Source: Octopus sinensis (taxonomy: Eukaryota). From it: a DNA stretch of 64,000 nucleotides. Both the position numbers and the translations under genes were made by a program. The stretch covers positions 144,150,001 through 144,214,000 of the forward strand of contig NC_043000.1 in assembly GCF_006345805.1 (NCBI RefSeq). Direction: 5' to 3'. Below are positions 12,442-25,644 of the stretch, piece after piece; the first letter of the stretch is position 1; every line of letters starts with the position of its first letter. The notes under the pieces are model-generated. The model searched no databases, was not told the origin of the DNA, and was given only the letters and a program-made list of their open reading frames with translations.

Positions 12442-13822
12442 TGTGGTATTAATAGTCACTCTTGCGCCTCTTAATATTTTGTTGTTTATGTTGATAATGG
12501 TGTTGTTATAATAATAATAATTTTTTTATGTACATTTAATGGTAATGTTTCAATTGTTGTATTTTTTTTGTCTTGATTTTGTAAAATACATTTCGTTCCA
12601 TTCATTCATACATTTGATAATGTATTTCTTCACTTATGTTAATTTTCACTTTGTCTTAGCAGATTCAACTTTTTCCGAATATTATACTGACAAAGTACTT
12701 TCTTCAGTTACTGCCATAATCTTCTGAATACTTATGTCGCAACAAATATGATCTATTGCTCTCATTTTGTTTGAGACAGATGGCACTATTCACCTTGAAG
12801 AACTAGTAGTAAATCATCATTGAATCTGTTATTTAGTGTTGTTCCATCGTTCCTCTTATAAAGCTGCATTGAAGAATATTATCTCAAACGTGATTTTAAA
12901 AAATCCAAACTGTACTTAATTAGAAAAAGGAAATATTATCCCCTCCCACGTACACCCAAAACATTTGTGTGTCTTTGTAGTCGATTGCCATCAGCGCACC
13001 CATTCCGAACTACTACCCCCAGCAGCTAACACCACAAGGAAAGCTGTGAAGAATTAAACAGGACAAATAAACTGTCACCAATGACAATAATATCACTAAG
13101 GGTAATTAAAAATTTATACAACATAAGATTAAATAAAACACATTGCTAATGGAACAAAAATTGCAGAAATCAGTCAGCTAGTTTAACAAATAAAACATCA
13201 CTGCTACCACAACTACCACCATTACCACCACTACCACTAAAACCACCGAAAAATATCAGCAGCTAAACCAAAAACAACGACGATGACGGCGACAACGATA
13301 ATAAAAATATATCGCCAAAAATAATTAAAAGATAACAACAATAACAGCTGTCACAAAACAACATTTATAAAAATGTAAAAAAAAAACAATGAGCCTAAAA
13401 AATATCACTAATATTACAAACACCAATAAATCTGCCAATACTCTTCATAAAAATGACACCAATAATACCAACAACATCAGCAACCACGACGACGACGATG
13501 ACAACCTGAATAATTAGTGGAGGCTTTTTTTTAGTATTTTCCGAGATTGTCAGAAATATTTCGATAGCAACAATCAGAGCCAGAACGTTAGCAATTGTCA
13601 ATATTTTTTTTCGAGTATGATTTGCGGTTTAGTATTGTAGGCAGCTGAAATATTATATCCTTAACGGGAATTTTGCTGGCATATAGGGATGGGGCAACTG
13701 CTGCTCTCTGAAAACGAGGAAAAATTTAAAGAATACCTCTACAGTAAATAGAACCAGAGATGTAAAAGTTGATGGTTAAAGGTACTAGAATACTAAAATA
13801 ATTACCACTAACATTTTCACAA

Positions 13823-14027
13823 GGCGTAGACGCGGCTATGTAGTAAGTAGCTTACTTACCAACCACATGGTTCTGTGTTCAGTCTCACTGAGTGGCATCT
13901 TGGGCAAGAGTCTTCTACTATAACCTCGGCCCGACCAAAGCCTTGTGAGTGGATTTGGTAGACGGAAACTGAAAGAAGCCCGTCGTATATATGTATATAT
14001 ATATATATTATATATATATATATATAT

Positions 14028-14068
<41 letters not shown>

Positions 14069-14262
14069 CTGTGTCTGTCCCCCAACATCATTTGACAACC
14101 GACGCTGGTGTGTTTACGTCCCCCTAACTTAGCGGTTCAATGAAAAAGAATCCGATAGAATAAGTACTAGGCTTACAAAGAATAAGTCCTGGGGTCGACT
14201 AAAGGCGGTGCACCATCATGGCCGTAGTCAAATGACTGAAACAAGTAAAAGAGTAAAAGAGT
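13823..14262 (+). mobile_element. SINE with an internal microsatellite and a (gagtaaaa)n tail
   Basis: Full-length copy of the family at 12010-12441 and 35081-35451; tRNA-like head and a cttgggcaag CORE-like segment. Confidence 0.85.
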
Positions 14263-15291
14263 AGCCGATAGCAAAATTATCCAAACGACAAGCTATGTCC
14301 GCCGTAATGCCCAACAAATTTCCTGGGATATCATTACTGAAGTATAGTTAAATATACGAACTATATTCAAGAGAGAATAGGACAAACGTAAATTCTCGTC
14401 TATCACTGATTGATTCTTCCTCATCCGAAAGTATATCTGTCGAAGCTTCATCAAACTGAAACATCTTTAAAGTGATGCCAATGGATGTGTCATTAGCCAG
14501 GGTCTGGACTGTGAAGGCTGTGTCGAGAGAAACTGTCAGGCAATTCGTAATTTCGATGTCTCATTCTCTGAAAAATGGTCGACTAGTAAACTGAATCCAA
14601 GTTTTGGGAACACAAGATATTTTTTTGAATAAGAATCTCATCTGGTGTTTATAACAATAAGTTTCTAAAATATCCTCAATGAATCGCAGCTCAATGCTTA
14701 CCGATAAATCACCGAAAGTTTGACTTTATTACAAACATAACATCTACGCCAATAGTAACAGTACATATTTTTAGTGAAATCAAACTTTCTTTTGAAATTA
14801 TTCACTTCAAGTAATAAATTGTCACTTAAGAGGATTGATACAGGGTGGCACGACCAAAATCAACACAGAAAATGATGAACGTAACATTGGAGAAAAATAT
14901 GAGAGAACTCTTATGAAACTCTCAACTAATATAATTCGAAAACAATGTTGGCAACAATTAAAGCAGCGTCAGAAAATCTAGAGAAACAACAGCGAGAAAG
15001 GCATAAAAAAGACTGCATCTTTACCAAGATATTTAAGAACATCCGATTCAATGGCACAGAAAATATTTAACAACATAATGTAGAGACAACCAACTTAGTT
15101 TAGCCTGCTAAATTTGCAGCTAAATCTATTTTAGATTGTACCAGAAACAGTTGACTGCATACAAATCATAGATCTGATGAATAAGAGCCGAACAGTGACT
15201 GTACACCATCGTCAGCGACAAAAAGTGCAAAAGAAACAGCAAGAGCAAATTTTGCAAGTAGAACATAAAATAGAAAAGCCTAACGAAACGC

Positions 15292-15350
<59 letters not shown>

Positions 15351-15358
15351 TGATGATG

Positions 15359-15413
<55 letters not shown>

Positions 15414-15421
15414 TGATGATG

Positions 15422-15470
<49 letters not shown>

Positions 15471-15478
15471 TGATGATG

Positions 15479-15517
<39 letters not shown>

Positions 15518-15618
15518 TAATAATAATAATAATAATAATAATGATAATAATAATAATAATAATATTAATAATAATAATAATAATAATGATGATGATGATA
15601 ATAATAATAATAATAATA

Positions 15619-15672
<54 letters not shown>

Positions 15673-16125
15673 TAATAATAATAATGATGATGATGATAAT
15701 AATAATAATAATATAATAATAATAATATAAAATAATAATATAATAATAATAATAATTATAATAATAATATAATAATTATAATAATAATAATAATAATAAT
15801 ATAATAATTATATATAATAATAATAATTATAATAATTAATAATATATTATAATAATAATAATAATAATTATAATAATAATAATAATATAATATAATAATA
15901 ATATTATAATAATAATAATAATTATAATAATATAATAATAATAATTATAATAATAATATTATAATAATAATAATAATAATTATAATAATAATAATAATAA
16001 TAATAATAATTATATAATAATAATAATATAATTAATAATAATAATAATAATAATTATAATAATTAATAATAATAATAATAAATAATTATAATAATAATAA
16101 TAATAATAATAATTATAATAATAAT

Positions 16126-16156
<31 letters not shown>

Positions 16157-16329
16157 TATAATAATAATAATAATAATTATAATAATAATAATAATAATTA
16201 TAATAATAATAATAATAATTATAATAATAATAATAAATAATAATATAATAATAATAATAATAATTATAATAATAATAATAATATTATAATAATAATAATA
16301 ATATATAATAATAATAATAATTAATAATA

Positions 16330-16360
<31 letters not shown>

Positions 16361-16503
16361 TATAATAATAATAATAATTATAATAATAATAATAATAATT
16401 ATAATTATAATAATATAATTATAATAATAATAATAATTATAATAATTATAATAATAATAATAATAATAATAATAATCTAATAATAATAATAATAATTATA
16501 ATA

Positions 16504-16541
<38 letters not shown>

Positions 16542-16625
16542 TAATATAATGATAATAATAATAATTATAATAATAATAATATAATAATAATAATAATTAT
16601 AATAAATAATAATAATATAATTATA

Positions 16626-16668
<43 letters not shown>

Positions 16669-16727
16669 TAATATAATAATAATTATAATAATAATAATAA
16701 TAATTATAATAATAATAATAATAATAT
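15292..16727. repeat. Very long (AAT)n microsatellite (~1.44 kb) with interspersed (GAT)4 blocks
   Basis: Read directly; the first ~200 bp shows an (AAT)~16-19(GAT)4 higher-order period. Confidence 0.97.
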
Positions 16728-17832
16728 CAAATGCAGCTGCAAAAGAAATGTAATACGCGCAACAGACATGCTTCGATACCCTAGCATCTGAAATACCTAT
16801 GGCGCTTTCATGGATTGCATGAAACTGATTAATATAAACACATAGAGCGAGAGCATTAGGTAATGTCTAACTGAAATACTCGCCAAACAAATGCATTCTG
16901 AACAAGATTAGAAAGTTATTTACTAAATGGTCTTCAAGAGACGTCTGGGAATGACAGTGTAGTTAATATAGTGAAGGCGATAATAGCTCTTGCCAATTTG
17001 TTCGATGCTAAATACGGAAATATGTGCGTCAAAATAGGGATAACTTAAGCTTTGATGTTCGATAGGCCTGATTTACAGAAGTATGACGTCACAACAACGT
17101 CCCTATATTGTCTTTAATGGACAATGCTTAGCCCGTCGTATATGGTTCTGCGCAATTAATTTACATCAATGAAAAGCATTGCAAAACATTTCTTTATTGT
17201 TCCGACTTAAAATCCAACCAGGATCGAATTTGTCGTTCATAAACTTGGGATAAAATAATTGCCGTATGTGTATTGGAATGAATTAATCGATAATACAAAA
17301 TCTTGCTTCTGTGCTATTGTATCATTCATCATCCTCATTGCGGGCTTCGTTAATATCCTCCCGCTCCTTTCCATTAACAAGATCTTCCTCAAACACTTTA
17401 TCACCACCACCACCACCAAATTTATCACTACTATCAACACCGCCGCCGCCGCCTCAACCACAATCACCACTACCATCATCATCCTCATCTTCAACATCGT
17501 CTTAAATACTAGATGCAGCGTTATCAGCAGAACAATAATTAAACAAACATTACCCCCGAAATCATATCGTAGTAGTTTTAACATTATTATTGTTTAAGTA
17601 GTCGGATGGCTGAATAGATGGATGGCGAGATAGTCAATAATGTTAAACAGTTTCATGAATTTCTAAAGTCTGAAAGTAATTAAAAAATATGAATGATGGT
17701 TTTTCATAAAATGTAACTTCTAATATTGAGCAGAGGAAAAAATCAATGTTTAAAGAGAATTTTGACTCTTTTATACATATTTAAATTCATTCTTCTCAAC
17801 CGGGTACAACTTGTTCGCCTAACAAGCACACC

Positions 17833-17971
17833 GTCACCATCACAACCACCACCACCACCACCACCACTACCACCACCACCACCACAACCACAACCACCAC
17901 AACCACCACCGCAAACAGAAACACTACCACCACCTCAGCCACCACCACCACCACCAGTTCTACTGCGGCTG

Positions 17972-18022
<51 letters not shown>

Positions 18023-18452
18023 TTACTACTACTACTACTACTACTACGTCGACGACGACAACTAACAATCATATATAATAACAGCAAAGATGATAATTCC
18101 TTTTCACTACAAATAATGTTAAGATAATACTACTTTAGAAAGAATTGCAATACAAATAATAATAAGAAGAGGAAGGAGAAGAAGAAGAAGAAGAAGAGAA
18201 GAAGAAGAAGAAGAAGAAGAAGAAGAAGAAGAAGAAGAAGAAGAAGGAGAAGAAGGAGAAGAGGAACAATAAGAAGAAGAAAAAGAAGAAGAAAAAGAAG
18301 AAGAAGGAGAAGAAGAAGAAAAATAAGAAGAAGAAAAAGAAGAAGAAAAAGAAGAAGAAGAAGAAGAAGAAGAAGAAGAAGAAGAAGAAGAAGAAGAAGA
18401 GGAAGATAATAATAATAATGATATGATGATGACAACGACGATGATCATGATG
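17833..18452. repeat. Chain of trinucleotide microsatellites (CCA)n-(CTA)n...(GAA)n-(TAA)n-(GAT)n
   Basis: Read directly; produces the poly-P/L/V/S pseudo-ORFs. Confidence 0.95.
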
Positions 18453-18457
18453 AGGAT

Positions 18458-19900
18458 TATTTCTTTATAACAACCAGTGAGGGCTTACAAAAAGAGGGAT
18501 GGTAGAGGATGATATAACAAAACACAATATTGGAGATACATAAAGTCATAGATGAACACAATTAAAGGGAAACGAAAAGAGAAACAATGATGCATCCCAC
18601 AAATGTGTGGAGACCTCTGAGAGCTACTTTTGGTAAACCTACAAAACCATGACCCTGGCCTCTTGACTGACAACCCTCTTCCCATTTTCCTCCCACAATC
18701 TAAAGTCCCGAGCTCAAAGCAGTCCTTTAAACTTGCGCTACAACAATCCTCTTTTCCACATTTTTGCTTCAAAGCGCTTTCCACTTCACCTGCAGCACCC
18801 TTTTCAAGTTTAACTTGAAATTCGTGAGGTCTCTGACAAACAAGAATGCGTTTGTCATCTGTCCTTTCAGTTTGGTCAACGGCACAATCTGTTTAGCTAA
18901 GACCAGTTCAGGGGAAATTTATCTGCCTGTCTTTCGCAGACAAAATAAAGTGAAATGACGGTCTTCATAATGGAGGTAGTTGATACTCGGATATGTTCAA
19001 TACGCGACCAAGGAAGTTCGGCTTAACTCGAGAAGTAAGCAATAATCCATTACTGGTTGAGAACGTGCAAGACAATTCCGTCGTTCGGCGAACATTTCGG
19101 GCAGTTCTGGGTGACTGCTCTTCCATACATGAAGAATTTACCTGGAATTGATAACCACTCTCTACGATTTATCGCATGAATTGAAGTTTGTCGTGGATAG
19201 ATCATTCCGAGATAGGGAATTTCTGTACATAACCAATTCGAGTACCTATGATATTTGCGAACATTTTGCTCAGGAATTTTCGGAAATCTTTGAAATTTGT
19301 GAATGATAACTTTATAAACAAAAACTTATTTCTTAAGGTCCTTTCTCAGCAACGCCACCGTACATCGAGTCACATTACTTCTTTATCTGCAAATTGTAGT
19401 TGACATCTGCGAAAACATCTCCAAACAAGTTAGGATTGTAAAAGTATAGATGCAGGTCAGAATATCCAAACCAGGTGATTTGACTGCTACGTAACGGAAT
19501 TATGTTTTCTGAATTTCCTAACCTGCAATGAGATTTTTATACCACTCCGGGGGTGTGGCCTGCGTATGTAAAATTGTAAATAACCTATGCTATCATCACT
19601 ATCCTAGTGAATTCCCTAGATATTATCTGGATGACACAATGCGGTTCCTCCAAGCCCATAGTGAGGCACCCGAGAAATTTGGTCGGTACCTCGCACAGTC
19701 GGAATCGCTTACCCGGTCTGTGAGACTTGTGTATCCGTTTTTCCTATCCTCTAGACCCCCGCAATTCGAATATTTACCCAGAATGTACCAATCCCTAGAA
19801 ATACAAAAGCGTCGATGTTCCTAGAAAAACCCGTAGATACCTGAAGAAAATTTCTGTTTCAGCTAAAACATAACTAACTAAAAATGGAAACAGCAATGAA
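18458..19900 (-). mobile_element. Old, internally deleted L1/Tx1-type LINE related to 43712-46260
   Basis: Minus-strand remnants: APE (FFRYLRVFLGTS...WAWRNR), RT start (KSPGLDIL, PNLFGDVFA, SIHDKLQFMR), zinc-knuckle region (NCPKCSPNDGIVLHVL) and C-terminus (LAKQIVPLTKLKGQMTNAFL...NFKLNLKR), all colinear with the 44075-46258 protein; tail agccctcactggttgttataaagaaa. Confidence 0.8.
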
Positions 19901-19984
19901 ACAACAACAAACCACGAAGGTAAAACAGCCTTGCAGGTAATATATTTGACATGATCATTATTACGACCAGCTTTGAATGAAATA

Positions 19985-20575
19985 ACATACTTTTCTACTC
20001 TAAGCACAAGACCCAATAGTTTTGGAGAGGGTGTCCGTCGATTAGATCGACCCCAATACGCAACTGCTACTTAATTTATCGACATCTAAAGGATGAAAGG
20101 CAAAGTCGACCTCGGTGGAATTTGAACTCAGAACGTAAAGACAAACGAAATACCGCTAAGCATTTCGCCCAGCTTGCTAACGTTTCTGCCAGCTCACCGT
20201 CTTTAAAATTATCCTTTTTACTATAGGCACAAAGCTTGAAATTTCAAGGGAAAGGGGTAAGTCGATTACAGCGACCCCAGTACTCAACTGGTACTTATTT
20301 TATCTACCTCGAAAGGATGAATAGTAAAGTCGACCTCTGCGGAATTTGAACTCAGAACGTAGCGGCAGAAGAAATACCTATTTCTTTACTACCCACAAGG
20401 GGCTAAACACAGAGAGGACAACAAGGACAGACAAAGGAATTAAGTCGATTGTATCGACCCTGAAAGCCTGAAAGGCAAAATCGACCTCGGCGGAATTTGA
20501 ACTCAGAACGTTGCGGCAGACGAAATACCGGTAAGTATTTCGTCCGGCGTCCTAACGATTCTGCTGACTCGCCAC
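19985..20575 (-). mobile_element. Cluster of Meta-domain-type tRNA SINEs (monomer + dimer)
   Basis: Repeated gaaaggatgaaaggcaaagtcgacctcggcggaatttgaactc, the reverse complement of B-box + gaggtcgactttgcctttcatcctttcggggtcgataaattaagtaccag (Meta/MESC-like core). Confidence 0.85.
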
Positions 20576-21110
20576 ATTATTGCTACTTTATAACAACACC
20601 AACAACAACTCTTTGAACAATGCGCTCATGTAGTATAGTAAATGTATTTTATTTCATAATTAGAATTATTCCAGGCAGAAGCAGTGAAAATAATGCATAT
20701 TAGATGAAAGAAATCGCAATGTTTACTAAGTAAAAGAAATAATATTGCTTACTAGGTAAAGGAAATATATGGGTAAAAGAAATATATCAGACAATTTCAT
20801 TTGCAAAGAAATTTCATTTTCATAGTTGTGCATCAATTTTCAACAAAAAACGTAAGTGAAAGATGTAGATGGAGAAAGAGCATTGAGTAGAGATAGTAAA
20901 GTTTTAAAGGTGTTACACGTGACGAAGACAATATTAGCCACAAGTAAAAAAATTGCAGGAATTCCACTAACAAGCAGACATATTAAACACATTAAATGGC
21001 AAAACAATTCTACATGCTCACATAAAAACACTATGAAATTTATCTCCATCTCTCTAAGAGTTTGTCTCTGACAACTCTTATTCTATTTGCGGTAATCATC
21101 ATACTAAGGA

Positions 21111-21495
21111 GTGGAGGCGCAATGGCCCGGTGGTTAGGGCAGCGGACTCGCGGTCATAGGATCGTGGTTTCGATTCCCAGACCGGGCGTTGTGAGTGTTT
21201 ATTGAGCGAAAACACCTAAAGCTCCACGATGCTCCGGCAGGGGATGGTGGCGACCCCTGTTGTACTCTTTCACCACAACTTTCTCTCACTCTTACTTCCT
21301 GTTTCTGTTGTACCTGTATTTCAAAGGGCCGGCCTTGTCACTCTCTATGTCACGCTGAATATTCCCGAGAACTACGTTAATGGTACACGTGTCTGTGGAG
21401 TGCTCAGCCACTTACACGTTAATTTCACGAGCAGGCTGTTCCGTTGATTCGGATCAACCGGAACCCTCGTCGTCGTAACCGACGGAGTGCTTCCG
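21111..21495 (+). mobile_element. Full-length tRNA-derived SINE with a 12 bp TSD
   Basis: A/B boxes tggcccggtgg / gtttcgattcc; flanked by tcatactaagga at 21099-21110 and 21496-21507. Confidence 0.93.
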
Positions 21496-22515
21496 TCATA
21501 CTAAGGAATAGTAGAGTGTAATACAAATACTTCATAAGAGCACTGAACAGTCTTGTGTTTATAACATCGATATGTACAAATAAATGTACATACGCGCTAC
21601 TAAATAAACATAAATAACAATCAGATAAGAAAATTGAATCAAAAACACAAATTAGCAAATACTTAAAATAATCAGTCAACTAAATATTACTTGGTTCAAT
21701 GTAAAATATAAGGAAGAAATATTTTAGACACGATAGATAAATACATAAAATAGCGATAAATTCAACAAATAACGTAACAGCGATTACCATCTTAGTTATA
21801 CCAGTAATAAGTTGTAACTGGTATATTCTCAATTAGAGGATAATCGTATTTAGCAGCGGTAGACAGGAAATCGATATGTGTTGTAATTGCTTGTAGAATT
21901 CAGCATAAAAATTTGTTATGGTAATACGTTTAACAGGCTTTTAGGTAAACAGCATGTTTTTGCAACCAGAAAACTATTGTGAAAATTCTTTTGTAGATTA
22001 TCGAGGATACTGAGTAAACATAATGAAGATTAGAAAAATATAAATACGTAACAAAAATAACTGAAAAGTCTATGGAATGTATTGAAAGAAATGAAAGTAT
22101 TTGAAATAGAGGCTAGAGTAGCAGTGACGTAATGGAAGGATATGTGGATCAAGCTAAAATTGTTCAATTAAAAATGAAAACTAGTTTACCATCAAACAAA
22201 TTAAGGCCAGGTAATGACTCATCAAATCAGAATAAAAAAAACTTACACGGCATTACCTGCAAAATCTGAGCAGTCTCTTGGTAAAATTATATTTCACATC
22301 TTGGTAAGAAGTTCAGTACTCTATGAGCAAGCTGCCTTACATCGACTCAACGTCTGCGCCAGAACAAAAGGTCTGTAAACAGGTGAGAAGTGGTTAAGAT
22401 TACAGTCAACGATACGGTGGAAATATTGTTCTCTCAGCACATATCTGTGTAACATCAGTTATGATATGCCTAGTCATCCACAGAGAGGTTGTTAGCAGCG
22501 CCTGAGAAGTAACGT

Positions 22516-22739
22516 ATTTCTTTATTACCCACAAGGGGCTAAACACAGAGGGGACAAACAAGGACAAAAATAGGTAATAAGTCGATATCATCGACCCCAG
22601 TGCGTAACTGGTACTTAATTTATCGACCCCGAAAGGATGAAAGGCAAAGTCGACCTCGGCGGAATTTGAACTCACAACGTAAAGGCAGACGGAATACGGC
22701 TAGGCATTTCGCCCGGCGTGCCAACGTTTCTGCCAGCTC
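22516..22739 (-). mobile_element. Meta-domain-type SINE with an 18 bp TSD
   Basis: gcgcctgagaagtaacgt at 22498-22515 and 22740-22757; tail ...agccccttgtgggtaataaagaaat. Confidence 0.92.
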
Positions 22740-23415
22740 GCGCCTGAGAAGTAACGTGTCATGTCCTTAGAACGTGGAAGAACAGCCATTCCATTCCGTT
22801 GAGATGCCACCTGGTGAAATGCATGACGTTAACAGAGGCAATGTAATTGTTTGCTACTTCACCTCAATCTTGCAGAAATAGGTTTCACTCGGCCGATTTC
22901 TCATCGGGTTATCAAAACTGCTCGTCACTCTCACCCAGTAATTTTATTTTCACTGGAGATGTGGACTAAATCTGACACCGAGCAATATGACTGATCTGTT
23001 TGATTAGAGCTTTACAACGCTGATGTATGGTATATGTCACATTCAACTGGTACTGGGCTACAAGCACATTAACTTTTCTTGGTTAATTTGTGTTTTTCTC
23101 TCATCCTTGTAGCCCCATAGATCAGTGCTAATCTCAACGTGTCTTGTATGCGCTACTATGGGAACGCAATTCTTCCACATACTGTCTCGCTTGAGATTCC
23201 CCCTGACTCCGTCTAGTTTTCACAATTACTTTTTTAAATAAAAAAAACAAGAAAAGATGTGTGAGTGGACGATCCGAACACATGATGCTAAATGATAAAG
23301 AAACATGTCTATAGAGCCCAACAATCGACCACATGCCATTGTTCGTTGCGGCAATTCAATTGCTAAGACTGGAACGAATTTGACACTGGAGTAAACATCC
23401 ACCAAATATTGATAG

Positions 23416-25644
23416 CACTGGTCACCAACAAAAATACATCGGAGATCAGAGTATCAATTTCCAACTAATTTAGGTCACTGATAATATCTATAATGTCAAA
23501 ACTGAGGATCTCTACATTTCAAGATACACGTACGTGTCACCACAGGTTCCAACGTGCTTGTGGAAGTGTGATTCTTACAACACTCACAGTCCTGCTGCCC
23601 TTCAGTATTGTTTCAACAGTCATAGGAGGTGGTTGTGCTGTGCAAATATATGTATATTGGGGTAAAAAGTAGGCGATTTTCTAGTCAAATACTTTTTCAA
23701 CTTAAAATAAATATTCAATGAATAATTTATTCAATAGGTTTGAAGCACTGTATGTTAATTTTATTTTCCCGCTGAACGATAAAAAAACTTCTGCTAAGCT
23801 GGCTTACTTTATATTCTAATGATGAATTTATGAATGTATGTTCTGGATATCTTCTAATTGCTTGCTTTCTTCTTTCAGATGTGAATAAGGCAGACGACCT
23901 CTGCTACATTCGTACTGAGGTGACTTTTGCATCCCTGAAGCACCGTATGGTAAGTCTGGTTAGAAAGGCATATCACCTATATTTTGGATGCAAGTCTTGT
24001 GACTAGGATAAGTAGAGGGCTCCTCACATATGAAGCAACACTTGTCCTACTAACCTTCACCAATGGTTGAACAGGAAGAAGGAAAGAATGATGTGCTGTG
24101 AGCCAACAGACCATGCCAGCATTTGTCATTTCTGCATGGTACCATCAGTAAGAAATAAAGGCTTGTCAAAGAATAAAATGTTCTCCAATGAATATCCAAA
24201 CATTCCATTAAAAAATTAGCCCAGTTTCACATAGAAAAGATCTACCTATTCTTAATGCACCAAATTCAGTATCATTTGAGCCAGATGAGGAAATGGTGAG
24301 GGGGAAGCAGAAAATGATGACGGTGCTGGATTGCAGAATGACATAAATTTTAACGAAGCACACTCCTCTAGACAATATCTCATAACACAAGAGGAACTCA
24401 ATGACCCGCAACTACCTAAGAATAAGCAGGGTTGCCAGGCTCTCATCTTCAACAATGGAATCTCTAGCAGCTTATGTGAAGATTTCAAAATTCGTGACCG
24501 TCAGTTGCAGTTCAGCAATTTCTGTATAATAGACATCGAATAATTGGCCCGATATTGAATACGAACCCAGTCAATGGAGGCTGTTCACAGATTCGTCAAA
24601 CACTAGTCCGAAACGTGTCTTACTGCATGATAGCAATAGTGAACCATCAGTTCCTCTGCGTTATGCATCACATGTAAAAGGAGCTTATGACAAATTAAAG
24701 TATATGCTGCAATGTATAAAATATGATGGAAATCAAGGGCAGCTCAGTGGTAATTTAAAGGTGGTTGCTCTTGTGATGGACTTCCAGGGCGGATATAGAA
24801 AATACTGCCGCTTTCGACAGCCATGCAAGAAGTTCCATCTATATCAGGAGAGACTGACCACTTCGTCAATTATTGGAAATAGGAATAATAAGGTTGAATA
24901 TCTACCTCTCACTGAACTAAACTAAATTTTGCTACCACCATTACAGATAAAACTAAGGCTCATGTTAAATTTTACAAAAGCTATGGAACAATCAAATTAG
25001 GGATTTGAGTATTTAATATCAAAACTCCCACTTACTTAGCGACGCTAAGATAAAGGAGGGAGTCTTCATTGATCCTCAGAATCAAGAGCTTCCGTAAGAT
25101 GATGACTTTCCCTTAACTCTTGACGGAGAGAAGAAAGCTGCTTGGGAATCATACAAGTTAGCGGCGAAGGATTTCTCGGAAACAGAAGGGAAAGAAACCA
25201 TTAAGAATTGGTGCAAAATCTCAACAAGGCTTGCAAAATCATGCGATGTAACATGTCAGTAAAATTCCACGTTCTGGACTCACTGTTAGATTTTTTTTAT
25301 CCAGCGAACTGTTGCGCAGTTAGTGAGGAGTATAGTGAAACGTTTCACCAGAATATTTGAAACATGGAAAAGCGGTACCACAGCAAATGGAGCACAAAAA
25401 TGCTTGCAGACTATTGCTGGACATTGGTAAGAGTCAAGCAAAAATGCAGAGAGTAGATATGGACTAGAGCTTGACATGTATTGAACATGATAATAAAATA
25501 ATCAAATATCCCGTTGTGTATATTTAAGCCTATAGGTAATAATTATCTTTGACGGTGATATTTGGATTCAGGACATGGAAATATATAAGAATTAACCAAT
25601 CCTTTTTAATGAGTACACGATTTTCCAAAAATTATTGACCAGTA
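23416..25644 (+). mobile_element. Decayed Chapaev3-type (CMC superfamily) DNA transposon
   Basis: Left end CACTGGTCA (23416), right end TGACCAGT (about 25636-25643); contains the transposase pseudogene listed next. Confidence 0.8.
23881..25440 (+). pseudogene. Chapaev3 transposase pseudogene (multiple stops and frameshifts)
   Basis: VNKADDLCYI..EVTFASLK...RKAYHLYFGCK.CD*DK*.APHI...EPTDHASICHFC; YLITQEELND; QWRLFTDSS; LSGNLKVVAL...GYRKYC; ILLPPLQIKL.LM; LSDAKIKEGVF; CNMSVKFH; MEKRYHSKWSTKMLADYCWTLVR. Preceded by a pyrimidine tract + cag acceptor (about 23865-23878). Confidence 0.88.

Noticed and set aside
14380-14620. Higher-complexity stretch with an acidic minus-strand reading (ASTDILSDEEESISD)
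   Set aside because: Short, bounded by stops, with no recognisable family or convincing splice sites.
15292-15500. Regular ~60 bp periodicity reminiscent of a CRISPR array
   Set aside because: Pure AAT/GAT repeat with no unique spacers, in eukaryotic DNA with no cas genes.
17726-18448. Poly-Pro/Leu/Val/Ser ORFs resembling membrane or low-complexity proteins (also 28337-28852, 46595-46999)
   Set aside because: Trinucleotide microsatellites open in several frames on both strands.
22260-23400. Possible very old Tc1-like transposase remnant (LPRSKDMTR on the minus strand)
   Set aside because: Only one weak motif; I could not trace a colinear DDE/D domain.
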